In this document: one piece after another, positions 39,101-54,400 of the stretch
Layout: each line of letters begins with the position of its first letter
Numbering within the stretch: the stretch's first letter is position 1
DNA from: Spironucleus salmonicida
Taxonomy: Eukaryota
DNA length: 64,000 bases
Assembly (NCBI RefSeq): GCF_000497125.1
Contig: NC_090598.1
Location: 1,488,001 to 1,552,000 of the forward strand
Direction of reading: 5' to 3'
Program-made: the position numbers and the translations under genes
The notes under the pieces: generated by a model
The model's database searches: none
Seen by the model: only the letters and a program-made list of their open reading frames with translations
What the model was told of the DNA's origin: nothing

Positions 39101-42100
39101 AGTAAAAATTATAAATTAATATTTAGTACTATAAAAAATTTAATGAATAATTATCATTAATAAGATATAGAGTAATTATTAATAAATTTGTAATAAATAT
39201 AATTTATATACAAAAATGTATGTAAAAAATTTGAATCTATAATTACACAAGATAATTTTATATAATATTTTGAATAACTGTTTACATTTTCTTACCTTTT
39301 GGCTACATCATAATATAATTTGCTAAATTCATTATTGAGTAAAGAAAACTATTTCTTTTTGAATAATATGATTGAAAACTTTAACAAATATATCACATCT
39401 ATCTTTGGCCATGTCAATGATATTGTTTTTAAACAAGCACTAGTCATGTTATAAACTGAAATAGAATTTGCAAGCTGTGTCAAGATATCGCTAAAGAATA
39501 AAAATTTATTAGAATAAATTGTCTATACTATACTTAAGATTATTAATTAGTAATATTATAAACTTATCTAGCAAGGAGATTTATATTTAATCATAACTGA
39601 ATCAAAACAAATAACAGTTTCATTTAATAAAGTGGGTTTAATTTTTAATCTGAATAATTTATCAAGCTTAGAATAATACTAATTTTCAATTAAATTTTAA
39701 TAATATGTTATTTTAGAAAAACAATATTTAGAAATTCATGGTGAAGATTTTCGAGATTAATTATTATTAATTTACTATCTTAGAAAATATTAAAATGTAA
39801 CAGATGAGAAGAAGCTTATTTTCTACTCCTAATTTATTTAAAAAATGGTTATTAACAATAAAACATAAACTTGTTTAGTATCTTCTTTAGAAAAGTAGTA
39901 AGATTATAAATTTTAAATTGACTTATTAAATAAGAAAATAGAACCAATAATATCATTTGGCTCAAATATTGCTGAATTTTTTTCAGTATAACAAACATAT
40001 ATTAATACACCTTAGTTAATGATACTAAGATAGTATGTATTATCCATTATAATAGGATGGATTATTTCTGGATATTATAATAAAAATGTTTTCAGTATTA
40101 CCATATAAGACTATAATCTTACATTAGAATAAATTTTAGAATAAATTTGTTTTGATTAATAATATTTTAGTCATATAAATATTCCAAAGTAAAAATATTT
40201 AGTATATAAAATTTTTGATGAAGATATGGTAGATTTAAATTCTTTTGATAATATATTACTTAATGAGTATTATGGTGTTATCATAGTTCTTATAACTGAA
40301 AATACTGATTTGATTAGCTAGTTGTAAAGTAAAATATTATTAAGTTTTAATAATTATTTACTATTCACACTAAGTTTTGCCGAAAATTCTACCAAGATAT
40401 AAACTACAAATAAAAGATTATACATTACAAACCCGTATAATCAGGACTTACTAAAAATAGCATAATTTCATTTAGTCAGAATACTATAATCGTTTAATAA
40501 TATTTCATTAATATTCGTTAGCTATGATGATACAATCTAGTATACAGCTTAATTTATTAGACGTCTTTTTGGATTATATAGTAACACTTAAATTATAATT
40601 AAATATATCATCATATTAAGTCAATATCTTGATCGGCAAAAAGTTAAGACAAAATAAGTCTTAGTTGAAGCCCTATAAATATCATATGTTATTTTAAAAT
40701 TATAGTATTAATTTTCTAATGATTTTGAGCTATTATGTAGTGTTGAACCTGAATTTATTAAACTGATTGCTATATTTTTTGAGCTTCTACCTTCAGATAT
40801 ACCTTTATAAAGCTATGATTTAGACAAATAAGAAATGACAACGACTTTTGGATATAATTTTAACTTATTAATTCATAATTTTTAAAAAATTATCTGGGTA
40901 GATAAATAACTAAACAATCGGTTTTTATTGCAATACAATGAAAAAGCTAGAGAAATTTTATTCATTTAACATTGTGATGGATAATTTATTTTAAATGATT
41001 AAGTAATGTTTATAGTTAAATAGATAATATACTACTATTAAAATCATACATTAACTTATTCAGTAAAACCTTTAAAATTATAAACATTGGATAGAATAAT
41101 TTTAAGTTTTTGCAGTTAATAGTTACAAATGTAAAATAATCATAAAATATTAATGCAAGTTATTGATTCCTAGAACCAAGATTTATAGTATTATACACAA
41201 TAAATTAATATTATGATATAAAATTTATAGTATAAATTAAAATAAATAAAAAAGGATAACACATTATAAATATATTGTTTTGTAGTGTTTTAAAATCACT
41301 AAACATCTTCTCATTTCAATACACTTTTGAATGCTTTCTGTTCATAGTCTACATTTAACCTATTTTCACAGAAATTAAAAAATAGATTGAAGGCTATATT
41401 ATAAATTTAAAATTTAGACATGTAAGTATTAATAAATAAATTTTTCTTACCAATTATACAATTAGACTCTAATTCTTTTATTAAAAAACATTACTATGAA
41501 TAAATGGATACACAGCCAATATATTAGCTGGTTAATAAATGTATTCCAACAAAATATATCAATATGGTATAATAATAAATTACAGAAGATATCTTAGATT
41601 TAAGTACTTAGTATAATTCATAAGATGTATTATATTGGTATAATAGAAAAATTGTTAATTATGTTTAAAATATTAATTTATTTTTACTTGTTACTAAAGA
41701 TAATAAATAATTATCAAATTATGAAATTTAAAAATTATAGCATGAATCAACAATTAGATAACTTGAACAAGATCTACTTACCTTAGGAAATTAATATCAT
41801 CTTGATCTTTAGTTTTTATAGGATATAAAATAGCAGATATTTAATGGTTAAGAATCTATACAATCAAAATAAGCAATATATTACGAATTAAAAGATAATT
41901 TTATGATTATTAATAATGAAGTTAGCCAATAAGAAAATATTTTAAACTAGTTATAATTAAAATTAAGTTAGCTTTAAAGATAGGTTATTTCAATAGTAAA
42001 AACATTTTTATAGCCACCAGAATTAGTGAAACGTATGCTAGACTGCTTGTCTATATTATTAAATATTAATATTAATATTATTGAAAGTTAAGTGTGCGAG

Positions 42101-45100
42101 CTTCATATTAACTTTTAAGATAAATAAGATTTAACATTTAATAAAATGCTTATAGTATAGTCCACATATCATTAAGACAATATATAATTAGATGTTCAAA
42201 AAATCGAGGAGTTATTACCTTATAATTTTAAACTTTAGGAATATTGTTTTTAACATGGTTATTAAATTATTTATACAAAAACCTCATTTATTTCTGAAAG
42301 ATTGAGATTAAGTTATTCAAACGTATAACAGTCTGATATTATTTTTAAAAATAATATTATCACTTCAACAATAATATAAAACGAAGGCTACAAAACATTA
42401 TCACTTGTTTATTTTACTCCAGTGGATAGTTTCAATACTAATTAAACTAGTTATAGATCCACAGTATTTGATGATAGAATATTGTAGTTGAATCCTGCGT
42501 AAATAACTCCAGAATCTATTGAACTATTATAACCATATTTATCTTCACCTGATTTTAATTCACTTACGATGACATAAACATCAGAGTAATTATTTGATAT
42601 TTCTAATTGGATATCTGTCATTCTATAAATTAAAAAACATTACGATATATATTTTCCTTTAAAATATAAACTAATAAAAGAAAAGTAGTATCTTTAAGAC
42701 CTATCAACTGAATTAGATAAAGTAAATGTTATATTATGTGAAGACTAAATAATTTTGGATCTAAAGAAAAATAGTATTTCTAAAAATTTAAAAGATTAAA
42801 CAAATATTCTCACTAAATCAGAGTTTATTAATAATTAATTACATACTCAAGTTAACAAAATCTAATAAATATTAGAGTATTAACATAATAAGTAATCACT
42901 TTTATAATAGTATGTTAATGAAATTAAATTTATATATTCAGATTGTTTATAGATAAAGTAATAAGTGCCAAGAAATATAAAATGTGGTATTAATATTTTT
43001 ACGGATAATATTTTTAATTTATCAGAGATAGATCAATACTTATTTACAATAAATTATAATATTATCTCACCAAAATGTTACTTTTTTTCTTCCATTACTC
43101 CATGGATCGCATCATTTATGACTACAAAATAAGCTATTGATTTTGTTGAACAATTATAGTCATAAAATAATATTTATGTTATAGATGCAGATAACCATTT
43201 TTAAGTAGTAATTAAAGGATTAATTACCTAACTAGATTTAGTCAATTCTTAGTTAAAGTAGTTAAATTATTTCAGCAAAATTTAGCCTTTTTATGAAATT
43301 TAGTCTTTTGAAATTGAAATATTTGATTCACTAGAATCATTATTTATCCATGGTTAATCATTCAGGGACAGTTTTTTATTTGTGTACATTAATATAAAAG
43401 AGCTAGATACATTTAGTGCTAATTTATAAATATTCAATCTTTATAAGGCGAATAACAAAATTATTTTAATAGGTTAGTAACAGATAAATAATTTTGAAGA
43501 GCTTAGTTATTTCAAATTTTAGTTACACTAACCTTTGAAATATATTATTATGTCATCAATAAATATAAATAATAGTTTAATGCTAAAATTACAATAATCA
43601 TATGTTTCAATGTACTGTTCATTAATTGATTATCTATTATGTTGCACAGAGAATAATTTTGAATATTTAGACTCTGCTAAAGAAAATTTTGAAAGTGAAA
43701 AGCAAATTTGGATAGTAAAATATAATAGTTGTAAAGAATCAACGTAAAGTTATGCTGTTTTTAGCGAAATTTGCTAGTATTTAATTTAATTATCGCATCA
43801 TAGAATTAATAATTATACAGAATCAGATATACTCTATTTAGCTAATATATACTCCCATCAGTTGATAACAAGTGATAAGTTTTAAGAGGATCTAAATTTA
43901 CACGAACAGATTTAATTTTTAATAATTTAAGATATACTAAGATATATCGATAAAGAAGATTACATAATGGCATACTTTAAACTATTAAAATAAGATTAGA
44001 TTAAGAATTTATATAAGATTTTTACAATAAATTATTTCCATCATTTAGTAACTTTTAAATCAAATATGTATAAAGCACAAGTAAACAACATTAACTTCAT
44101 TAATTGTTAAGTTAAGACATAATTTTTAAGCATTTTAAGTTATTTTAATATGCAAAATGAGAAATTATTCAAAGTAGTTGAGTTATATATGATATAAGAT
44201 CCATTTTATTTATATTGCTTGGAGCTATGTTTTTTTTACTAAACACTAGATTAAAAACTTGTAAATCATATTAATAATGGTGTTCAATTAGGTTTTTTGC
44301 CTGAAATGGCGTATACTCAATCTGTTGAATAAGCTAGTTCAATGTCTTTTGAATTTAATTATCCTGATCAATTTAAAGAATTAATTTAATTGTATTTAAA
44401 CACTAATTTTGAACAGGTCAAATAATATGTAAATCTATGTTTTTATTATATGTTTGGTTTCTTTAATCATTATAGAGAGTTAATATAAATGCTACCAACA
44501 GTCGATTATCATATCCCGCCAAAATAATATGAATTTAAGGCTCCAAATTAACTAACGATAGCACTTTCAGATTAAATTGAGCCAAATATAAACTTTCAAC
44601 TCTAAAACTAGTAGTTTAATTTTAACTAAATATAATAGCTATTAATAAAGTAAGAGCCAAAAATTTTACATTTAGATACACTATAAATGCTGAATTATTC
44701 TTCAAATCTTGCTAATTCATAGATTTAGACAAATTCTCTTAATTTTTAATTTATTGAAGAGAAAAAACTCTAGGCATAATATCCTTACAAATGTGAAAAT
44801 ATATTTTAGGTAGGAAATAATCCCCATAAATTATTATAAACTATACTTCATTTAGATAATTAAATTTTGAATAATTTGATGTAGCTGTCTTAATTATATA
44901 GTGACTAGTCAATTCGAATTGTTATAGATTCGTAAATAGTACCATTCGTACCATCAGTAGTTTTAGCTCTTTGTTTAATAATATACTAATCAAACTAGTC
45001 TCCTTTTATTATAAATAGTTATCTACGATAGTTGTATATTAGTACTGTATAATTAAGCTCAACAGAATTTACTTAAATGGATTTTTTAGACCTTGTTAAA

Positions 45101-45364
45101 CCTGCAAAAGTTGATATAGATGGGATTTAGTGTGGAAGAATTATACTTGGTCTTGTGAATAAGGAACATGATTTAAAAATTGCAATGCTAAAAGCTATTT
45201 GTAGTGAAATAGACTAAATTTAAGTTCCAATAAAAATAGATAGTTATTAATTAGATACAATATAAAGTTATTAAAAGCAATGGGAAGATTTTTTGAATGA
45301 ACTAGATTAATGCATTGAAATCAGTAATGCATAAAGCCCAAGATGGTAAAGTAAAAGTTAGTGA
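30185..45364 (+). CDS. Highly divergent dynein heavy chain-like protein (~5059 aa)
   Basis: Start, stop and all spot-checked lines are in one frame. Stalk/MTBD motifs PPELVKRMLDCLSILL (~42015) and ITPESIELLQPYLSSPDFN..SNWI (~42500); AAA1-like LGQPSILVN..NAWSQFIDRF (~36850-36980). Confidence 0.65.
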
Positions 45365-45469
45365 TGGGTATATAATATTATAAGTATACATTTAAAAAAT
45401 ACATTAATTTTTTAATTATTAACATTAATATATACCAATACAATCGATTTAATTGACCTCTAAATTAGA

Positions 45470-47776
45470 ATGGATCAGTTATTTAGTAATTTGTCTTTAT
45501 AACAATCATTAAGTAGTATAATGATACTAGGAGATCCGAAATAGTCAATGGAATAATAAAGATTAGAACTTCTAAGACTATTATTAGCATTATTTGATCA
45601 TAAATAGCCTAAAATTTCTACTAAGTAATATGAATAGATATTTTTTGCAGTTATAAAAATTTTATCTAGTAAAAATTAATAATTACTTTATGTTGCTTTA
45701 TAAATCATATCTATAATTACTCCTATAGTACCATCTGCATTTTTTGCAACTAGGTCGTTAACTACCATCTATGACAAATTTGTTGCTATTAAACCTGCTA
45801 CATTAAGACTATTAGGCAAAGTTGCTAACTCAGCATCAATTGGTGATGTTTAGCGCCTAATTAAGGTTTCTATGGCTTCCAAAAATGAAAGATTAATGAC
45901 CTCTGCTATTATCGTAGCTAAATAAAACAATATAATTATAGATGTAGATATCTCCAAAATATTTGGACCTGCTGGGGTTATTATTGGATAAATGAAGTCT
46001 ATTGATAAGTTAATATCGATCTCTAACTTAAACTATTACTGTTAATTTTCTGTACTTTAAAGATCATGCGAAATAATTGATGAACGTAAAAGACTTATAG
46101 TTATTTTAAATATGTTACCTATCTCAGCAAAAGATATTTATTAAGAAAAATATTTTGTTTATGCTGAATGCTTAAAATAAATAAACTAAATTTCATTCTA
46201 AACAGTTAAAATTTAGCTTTAATAAGTCTGCTAGTCTTTTATAATGTTATTCTAACATTGTAGGGTTGATAATTAAAGAGTGGTTGTTCTAAGAGAATTC
46301 TCATATTTTTATGCACTATTGCCTTAGCAATCTGAAGTCTTCACGATTTCATAACATATTATTAGAACTGCATCAACATCAGCTAACCATATAATATCAG
46401 TTCTAGCTCTTACGTCGTTGATTTAAGTATCACCATAAATCTAAGATACTATTAAATTACTTAGCTTATTATAATTTACTACCGGATATATAAAGGAAAA
46501 AGCATTATTGTCTTTAAATATGTTATCAGAAAAAGAATCAACTGCATCAATTGCTGTAAATATATCTAAATTAATGATTAAAAGTCATGATAGTAGTATT
46601 ACAAACTCAGGATTTAAAATGATAATATCGATGATTTAATATGCTAATATGTTTGATTAAATAGTAGAAATATTATTAGAGGATATAGACTTGTGCTCCG
46701 ATTAAGATATTAATAGATAGATATGTGAAATTTTAGGATAAACTAAAACTGATTAGTTAAAAATTGCTAGCATTCTTTTATAAAGATGTCTATTAGGTGA
46801 CTAAAATTTAAAATAGGCGGCATATTAAGGTCTTCTTTTCCTTTTTGAGAGATCATAACCTACAGATTAATTCTATAGTTCTGTATTAAAAGCTCTAAAC
46901 TAAGTATAAATTTAATCTGATTTAAATGATTTTATTACACCAAGTAATACAATCGAAAAATTCTCTGTTCAAGATATTTTATATTTTTAGGATGATATTA
47001 TCTCAGGTAATTATGATATTGTTTTTGGATCTATACAATTTGATATATAAGATGAAAAACCTACTTAGTAGTCTAAAAATTTATCTACAATAGAGAATAT
47101 GATAGAAAATAACTATTCGGAAATATTTACTAGGGGTATTTTTGAGCCTGCTGCATCTTAAACATTGGATGTATCAGTTTAACTATGCAAAGTATTTTTA
47201 GTAATAGAATAAAAATAAATACTTAAGTTATTATATAAAGTTGTTCCAGATGAAGGTATTATATGCAATAATTAATAAATCACTATAGGAAAATTTCAAT
47301 CTCGTATTAATTAACATATGTTGCATGAAATAAACATCACGTATTAAACTATAGATGAAATAGCAAATTTTACTAACTGTAAACTAAAATACGATGATGC
47401 TGATGAAGATACCGAAGTCATTAAACTTTATGATATTAGTATTACTAATTATGATCTATTTTAGTAGATAGAAGTTATCGAATATTAAGATAAATTTGAA
47501 CAGTTGAAAGACACCACAGAGGAAGTTGTTTTACATTTAGAAGATATATAAGATGTTTACACTGCAATCGAAAATATACCATCGTTTTGTGGCCTGATGA
47601 TCATAGAAGTTGTTTATCAGACTTATAAAAAAGCGTAATTTTATATGACTGGGGTTCTTAAGAATGTGGGATTTATAGTATGCAAAGTCGATATTAAATT
47701 AGCAAAAGTTGGCATTAAAGCAAAAATCCATGCAGTTGGTCCTGCTACATAAGCATTATATGAAATGTTGGAGTGA
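45470..47776 (+). CDS. COPG: Coatomer subunit gamma (768 aa)
   Basis: YEQIFFAVIKILSSKN..ATRSLT N-terminus, CEILGQ, and C-terminal appendage-like EDIQDVYTAIENIPSFCGL. Confidence 0.75.
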
Positions 47777-47836
47777 GTCATATAATTTCAATTTATATAC
47801 ACCATTTTATTATATTAAATATATATTACCGCAAAA

Positions 47837-48799
47837 ATGAGCACTAATTTTACTTAAAGTTCTAGAATTAATGTAGAATAAAAACTTAATCAATCTATTA
47901 GAGAAAAGTTTACAAATGCCGAAGAACTAAATTATGAATCTGAAACTACAATACTACTAAGGAAAAATAAATAAATCTAAGAATCATAACATTAGTTAGA
48001 TGAGCGTAGGGAACGATATAAGTAGGAAATAGATGGTCTTAATGATCGATAAAACTTGATTCTTCGTTAGAAATAAGAGTTAGAACAAGCTAAAAAACGA
48101 TTTGAAAGATTCACTAAAGAAAATGAGGAAAAACGTAGATCTGCATTGACTTAAATGCATGAAGAGCGGGATCAAGAGAATAAACTAAGATCTGTGCTTC
48201 GTTCGTTAACGTAGATTCAAGCTTCAATGAGTGCACGGGAAAGATGCCTAAAGCACTAAATACAATCTATGAAAATTTATGAAGAGTTTCTTATTAATGT
48301 AGTTTCTAATTCGGAAGAATTTCCCACAGCCGATTCAATTTTATAAAGATTTTAAAATTTAAAGTAGACTCGAGATGACTTAATTGCGAAATTACAATTT
48401 AATTAACAAATGTAAGAGGTAAATCGCCAAGATGATCTTGACAGTTTATAACAAAAATAATAATAGTAAGTAAATCTCCAAGCAAATGCCAGCAAAGTAA
48501 TTGCCGAAATAGATAAAAATTCATAAGTTAGCAAACTTTAGTTGTAAGGGAGTGGTTAAGAAATAGCAATGGAAAAAAAGAAGATTGATGTTGGTGAAAT
48601 TGTACTCGGAATAGATAATTTATATAACCGTGTAAAGGAAATTAGTGCACTTAGTGGAGAAGACAGTCGAAGAGAGCCAAAATTTAGAGATTAAGATTAA
48701 GCTATGAGGTTTAAGGTTAAAATAATTAGCGATGTTATTGGTGACTTAGCTGTTATGGAACTATTTTGTATGGCTAAAGATATGATACCGAGAAAATGA
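47837..48799 (+). CDS. CFAP73/CCDC42-like (DUF4200) coiled-coil flagellar protein (320 aa)
   Basis: TILLRKNKQI..KRFERFTKENEEKRRSA..YEEFLINVV..EEF..ILQRF. Confidence 0.7.
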
Positions 48800-49124
48800 G
48801 TTATACACTGAGTTATATTAACTTATTAATAGGAATATTATTTATTAATATTTTTATGAAACTAATATTATCGTTTTAGTATTTTATCTTAAGGAATATC
48901 AGCATATATAATAACAGTAATAATTCAAGATATAAATAGAAATAAATAAATTAGGTTAATAATAAATTTTTAAATAATAATTAATAGAAAGCAAAAAACT
49001 AAAATTCACATTATAATGATAATTAAAAATAATAAATTGTTTGATTAATAAGTTTACTAAACAAAAACCATATATTATTATTATTATTATATAGTATTAT
49101 AAATATAATATGTCTTCCGCAAAT

Positions 49125-51455
49125 ATGGGTTGCGTTGGTAGCCGTCATGCAAATTCTTATTACGAAAACATGCTAAGAAAGGCAGTTATTTATACTAAAG
49201 CAAAATATAAATCATTATAGAATGATTTATCAAAGTAATAGTAAACTATTGATATGTTAGCATTAGATGATTTTGGGTTGTTTATTACAGGGACACTTAA
49301 TCATGGCTAGAGATAAATGTTAATTGAAAAATAACCAATTTATGGAAGGGAAGTTGTCCTTATTTCTCCGAAGTTAATTGGACACTACAAAATGCTAATG
49401 TATATGTTTTATGGATGGCCATTATCAAGTGCAAGTATAGATATATCATTTAAAGAAGTAGTTTCTAATTAATTGGTTACATCTGTAATTTATGCATTAA
49501 ATACAGTAGATATAGCAAGATCATTGAATTTAGCTAAGTAATAACTACCACATGAAACTACATAACTTTTAGCAGCATGGATGTCAAAATGCTTAAATTT
49601 AGAGTTTTTATCTTTAGTAGGTTGTGGTATTATGCCTAATTAGATTACTGAGCTTGCTGAAGGTGTTTTAAGGTTAGCAAGAGGACGTTCTAAAATTACT
49701 AAGATTGGACGATGTGAAGAGGTATCAATAAATGACCAAGAAGCTTATATGTATGATATACCATAGTTTAGTCCAGTTAGACCAGGATTGTTAGGATTAG
49801 ATCTATCTAGAAATAAAATTAGCGATTAAGGGGCTTAAAGAATGATAGATTCTTTAGAATAACATCAAGAACTGACATTTTTAGGACTAGCTGAATGTGA
49901 TTTGGGTAATGTAGTGCTTTAAAATATATGCGAAAACCTACCAAAATGGAAATATATATAATCTATAGACTTATCTGGCAATATTAGAATTTCAGATGCT
50001 GGGGTTGAGTATTTGCATAAGCATATTAAAAAGTTACATTTTTGCCGTTTAGGGCATGTATATCTTGCCGATACTAAAGTAACATAAAAGGCATAAAGTA
50101 AGTTGAATATACTTTTAGCAAGAAATGATATTATTGGTGAAATATATGATGATTTATTGGCTGGTGCGTTTACAAAAATTTTTAATTAAGGTGAAATGGC
50201 AGGTGAGTGTGTAGGTAAGGGTTCTGATGTTTATATAGAATATTCAACATCTGATTTTTGCCCAGTTATTTCAAACCCAGATGAATAAATTCTGGTATAA
50301 AAGCTATTTTCAAAGATATCCATTTAACAGGGATATTTACATTATATTACAACAATACTTAGGGAGACACCTTAAACCGCTAGAAAATCAGTTACAATTG
50401 CTGACTATACTATTTCAGTATCTGAGACTATTGGGAAAAGGCCAGAAATGGAAGATGTAATTTCCATTCACCATGATTTTTTAAAATTCAGATGTGAGCG
50501 TATGGAGACCACTGCTAATAATGATGGTCATCATGAAATATTAATCTGTTTATTTGATGGTCATGGGGGAGAAGAAACATCTGCTGCTTTAGGTATTTTA
50601 TTCCCAGCTATTTTTGCAGATACAGTAAATGCAATAATGTTTGCATCTGGGTTATAACATTGTTGTGATTTGCCCACCAGAATTTGGGAACCCATTATGT
50701 TTTCAGTATTTTAAAGATGTGATGATACTTTAAGGTTAAGAAGATATCCTTCAGGATCTACAGGAGTTTTATGCTTTGTTTTAGATAGCATCGTAATAAC
50801 AGCAAATGTAGGTGATTCAAGAGCAATAATGTGTAGAGATGAATCAGTAATGGGGAGGTCAAGTTTTAGAAATTCTAGAAGAAGTTCAACAAGAAAAGAG
50901 TCAAAAGATACTAGTATTAAGGAAAGTGTAGCGGAATCAGCGAAAGTTTTGAACCCATCTTAAATATCAGAAAAAAATTTATCGGGGATACCAGTACCAG
51001 AACATAACTTTGAAGGTTATTTTGATACATTAGAGTATAATGAAAATGTGAATTCATCTTTAAATCCAGATGATATTGTTGTAAGATTATCTAAAGATCA
51101 TAAACCTGATTTACCAGAAGAAAAGCGAAGAATTGAGTCAGTCGGAGGCTATGTTCATGGAGGCCGAGTTCTTTCAACTCTGGCTGTGGCAAGAGGGTTT
51201 GGCGATTTTAATTATAAGCCATCAGTTGCATGTTCTCCATATGTTAATATATACCCAATATAAAAAAAAGACGAGTGGCTTCTTATTTGTTGTGATGGTG
51301 TTTGGGATGTTTTAAGCGATTTGGATGTCGCATTAATTTGCCATAGATGTATGACTGCTGGTCATGCAGCAATCAAGATTAGAGATGAATCTTATAGGCT
51401 AGATAGTGGTGACAATATTTCTTCTGTAGCTGTTAGATTATTTTTAAAGGAATGA
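49125..51455 (+). CDS. LRR plus protein phosphatase 2C (PPM); alternative in-frame ATG at 49110
   Basis: MED, FDGHGG, ANVGDSRA, DHKP, LAVARGFGD, CCDGVWD, SGDNIS; upstream RNI-like LRRs (LDLSRNKISDQGA, IDLSGNIRISDAGV); starts MGCVGS. Confidence 0.9.
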
Positions 51456-51474
51456 TTACTGTGAAGTATATTTA

Positions 51475-54400
51475 TCACTTTCTAATGAGTTGTCTAGAGT
51501 GAGGTCTGTTTTTAAGTAGATCATAGTTTATTTTTTACTTAACTTCTATACCATTTGCTGTGGCCTTTAATTATCTAAATGTTGTCATAATCTTAATTGG
51601 TTTAGCTATTTTTTAATACTTAGCATACAATACCATTACTGAATCTATATCTACATCGTTTCGCTTGCTATGAAATCCTATATTTTATTTTTAATAAAGT
51701 AGTTTTCCAGATTAAACTTATGATATAATATTATATGAAATATCATTTTGGAGAGTACCAAAATTAGAAAAAATAAACCTAGTAGTAATACTCTTTTATG
51801 CATCATGCTTATTAATAGGCTGGGCATTTTTAGTATACAAATTTTTAATAACCATTGGAGTAAACATTTTTAATTTCCAACGATATTTTCTAAATATTTC
51901 AATAAACTATCTACCACTTAAATTTTTAATAGCTTAAGCAACATTAAAATTTTACTAAGGCTTATATTTTGATTAAACTTCTAATCTATATTATGTCTTT
52001 TATTTTGAATTAATATTCTATGGTCCAGTAATATTTAATTAAATAAAATTTTGTGTACATAGTTCAGATTTTATTTATTATGATTATTTATTAATTGGTA
52101 TTAAAAGATCTTTTATTTCCTGTTTTACGGTTCTACTAAATAAACGACTAATCACATGTATCTTAAGATCAGTTAGCTACTGTGATTCATTGTATTAAAC
52201 TTTTTCAGTTAAAATTTATTATTTATGTTTTATTGCATTAAGTTTATGAAACACAATTTATTCACGTTTATTAATTTATTATTTTTTAAACATTTATTAT
52301 TCTTATATTTATGCGTCTCTTTGCTATTTTCTATACAACGATAAAGCTTATGAAGTTTAAGAATACGTAGCTGATTATAATTTTGCATGCGAATGTTATT
52401 TTAGTTATTTTTCGTCCTAGGTTTCAAGTTTAGTTTAATTAGATTTTTAAATAGATAATTTATCTACATATAATTTTCGTATTCTAGATGATTATAACTC
52501 AGACTAACCATTATTCTAACTAAAATACTAATCATTTAGTTTAAATCCTACATTTTTAATTTTTTCATCTTAAGAAATTAATGTATTTTATACAAATTAA
52601 TAAAATTCCTTGTTTTTTAATTCTAAGTCCGTTACTTATTTTGGTATATGAAAATCATTAAAGTCTTATTTAGACTAACTTTAAGTCGTTTAAAGTAAAG
52701 AAGTAAATTATTCTGCATTAGAGTGTAACTATAAAGTACTTAAATTTTCACTTTTATATTCCACCTGATTAAAGTTCTCTTCAGATGCTATTGGTATAAT
52801 ATCTTCATAAATTAGTTATTCAAATTATATATCTTAATTATACATATTATCAATTCGACAATCTGTCTTAAAAATAGATTTATCTTTTATTTCTATCTCA
52901 GCTGTGTTATTATGATCTAAAATACATATATTTTCAATTTTAACTTAATTTTAACATTATGCTTTTTAAAAATTTCCTTTGAGACCTTCTTAAGCTTTTA
53001 GATCTGAATTCACTTCATTTAATGTATCAATGATAACAGTTTATATAATTCTAGGTTTATATGTTGATTTAGTTTATAGTCTCGCAGTAACTTCTTTACT
53101 TATAGATTTATCTTTTTATTATTAGTTTTAATGTGGATTGTTACCAAATAATAATTCTTTTTATTTGCTTTCATTATCGTACGGATTATTATCAGTTCTT
53201 TATTACATAATAGGTTATTAACTCTGAACATTATGCTATTCACTAAACAGTTTAAAAATATCATCTTCTATTTTTTTATTTGACTACTTGAATTATTGAT
53301 GTAATATCTTATTAATTTACAGCTATTAGTTTTTATTTCTAACTCGTTTAACATTTATGACCGCTGCAGATTAAATAAGATTGTCATCATTATCATTACC
53401 ATTATCCTCATTGTCATTGTTATTTACGTATTTTTGTACCTTTGTTCTCTTTGTTAAATTTGTACTGAGTATTTATTTTTACTCAATTCCAGTTTTATCT
53501 TCTATAATTTGACTTCCATTATCTTTACTATTTTATGCTGAATATTTATTTTTTAATGTCTATCCAACTAATGAGCATTAATTAAATTCCCATTATCTTT
53601 ACTTAGTGTATGCCATATCTATATTTGCATATGAATTAAGCAAATAGGACTAGTCATATATGAATAAATCAACCAATGAAAATTACTTATCTACCTCTAA
53701 ATTTTTAAATTTTTTATACATTTTATTTAATTAGTGGTCATATGCAGTTATATTAGATTTTGCTTTTAGTATAATTTCAGCAAAATTTGAGTCTTTCAAT
53801 TTACCAAATTTAGATTTCAATACTGCACATTCATTTAAAACAGATAGATTTAGTTTACTTATTTACTTGCTGGATAATTAGATAGTCATTTCAGTTAAAC
53901 TTTCAGTAACTAAATTAAATATATTTTACTACTATTTAATAGTCAACACATCTATAGTATTTAAAAATACTTCTTCCTTATTATATGAAATATTATTTTG
54001 TATAGAAAATGGGGTTAATTTAAGCATTTGCTATTAATCTTATAAAAACTGAGCAAAAATAAATGTTAATGGGGAAATTTATTAATCATACTCGTATAGT
54101 ATTATTCGCTGCGTTTTTGTTTATTCTTATTTAATAAATAAATCCTTATATGAATTTTATTACTATGTAAGGTAAATTTAAATACCTTAAAACGGCATTA
54201 TTAAATTATTAATGCAATAATAATTATATTTTTGATAATTTTAACGTAACTATGTTAATTTAAGTGTATAAATATTTACAAAATTTTTATTACTTTTGAA
54301 TAAAAAATTAAGTTTTTTTGTTTTAATTTCAAATATTTGTTCAGGACTAGCTTATTGAATATTATATTTAGTTCTAAGAGATTACATGAGGTTAACAAAT

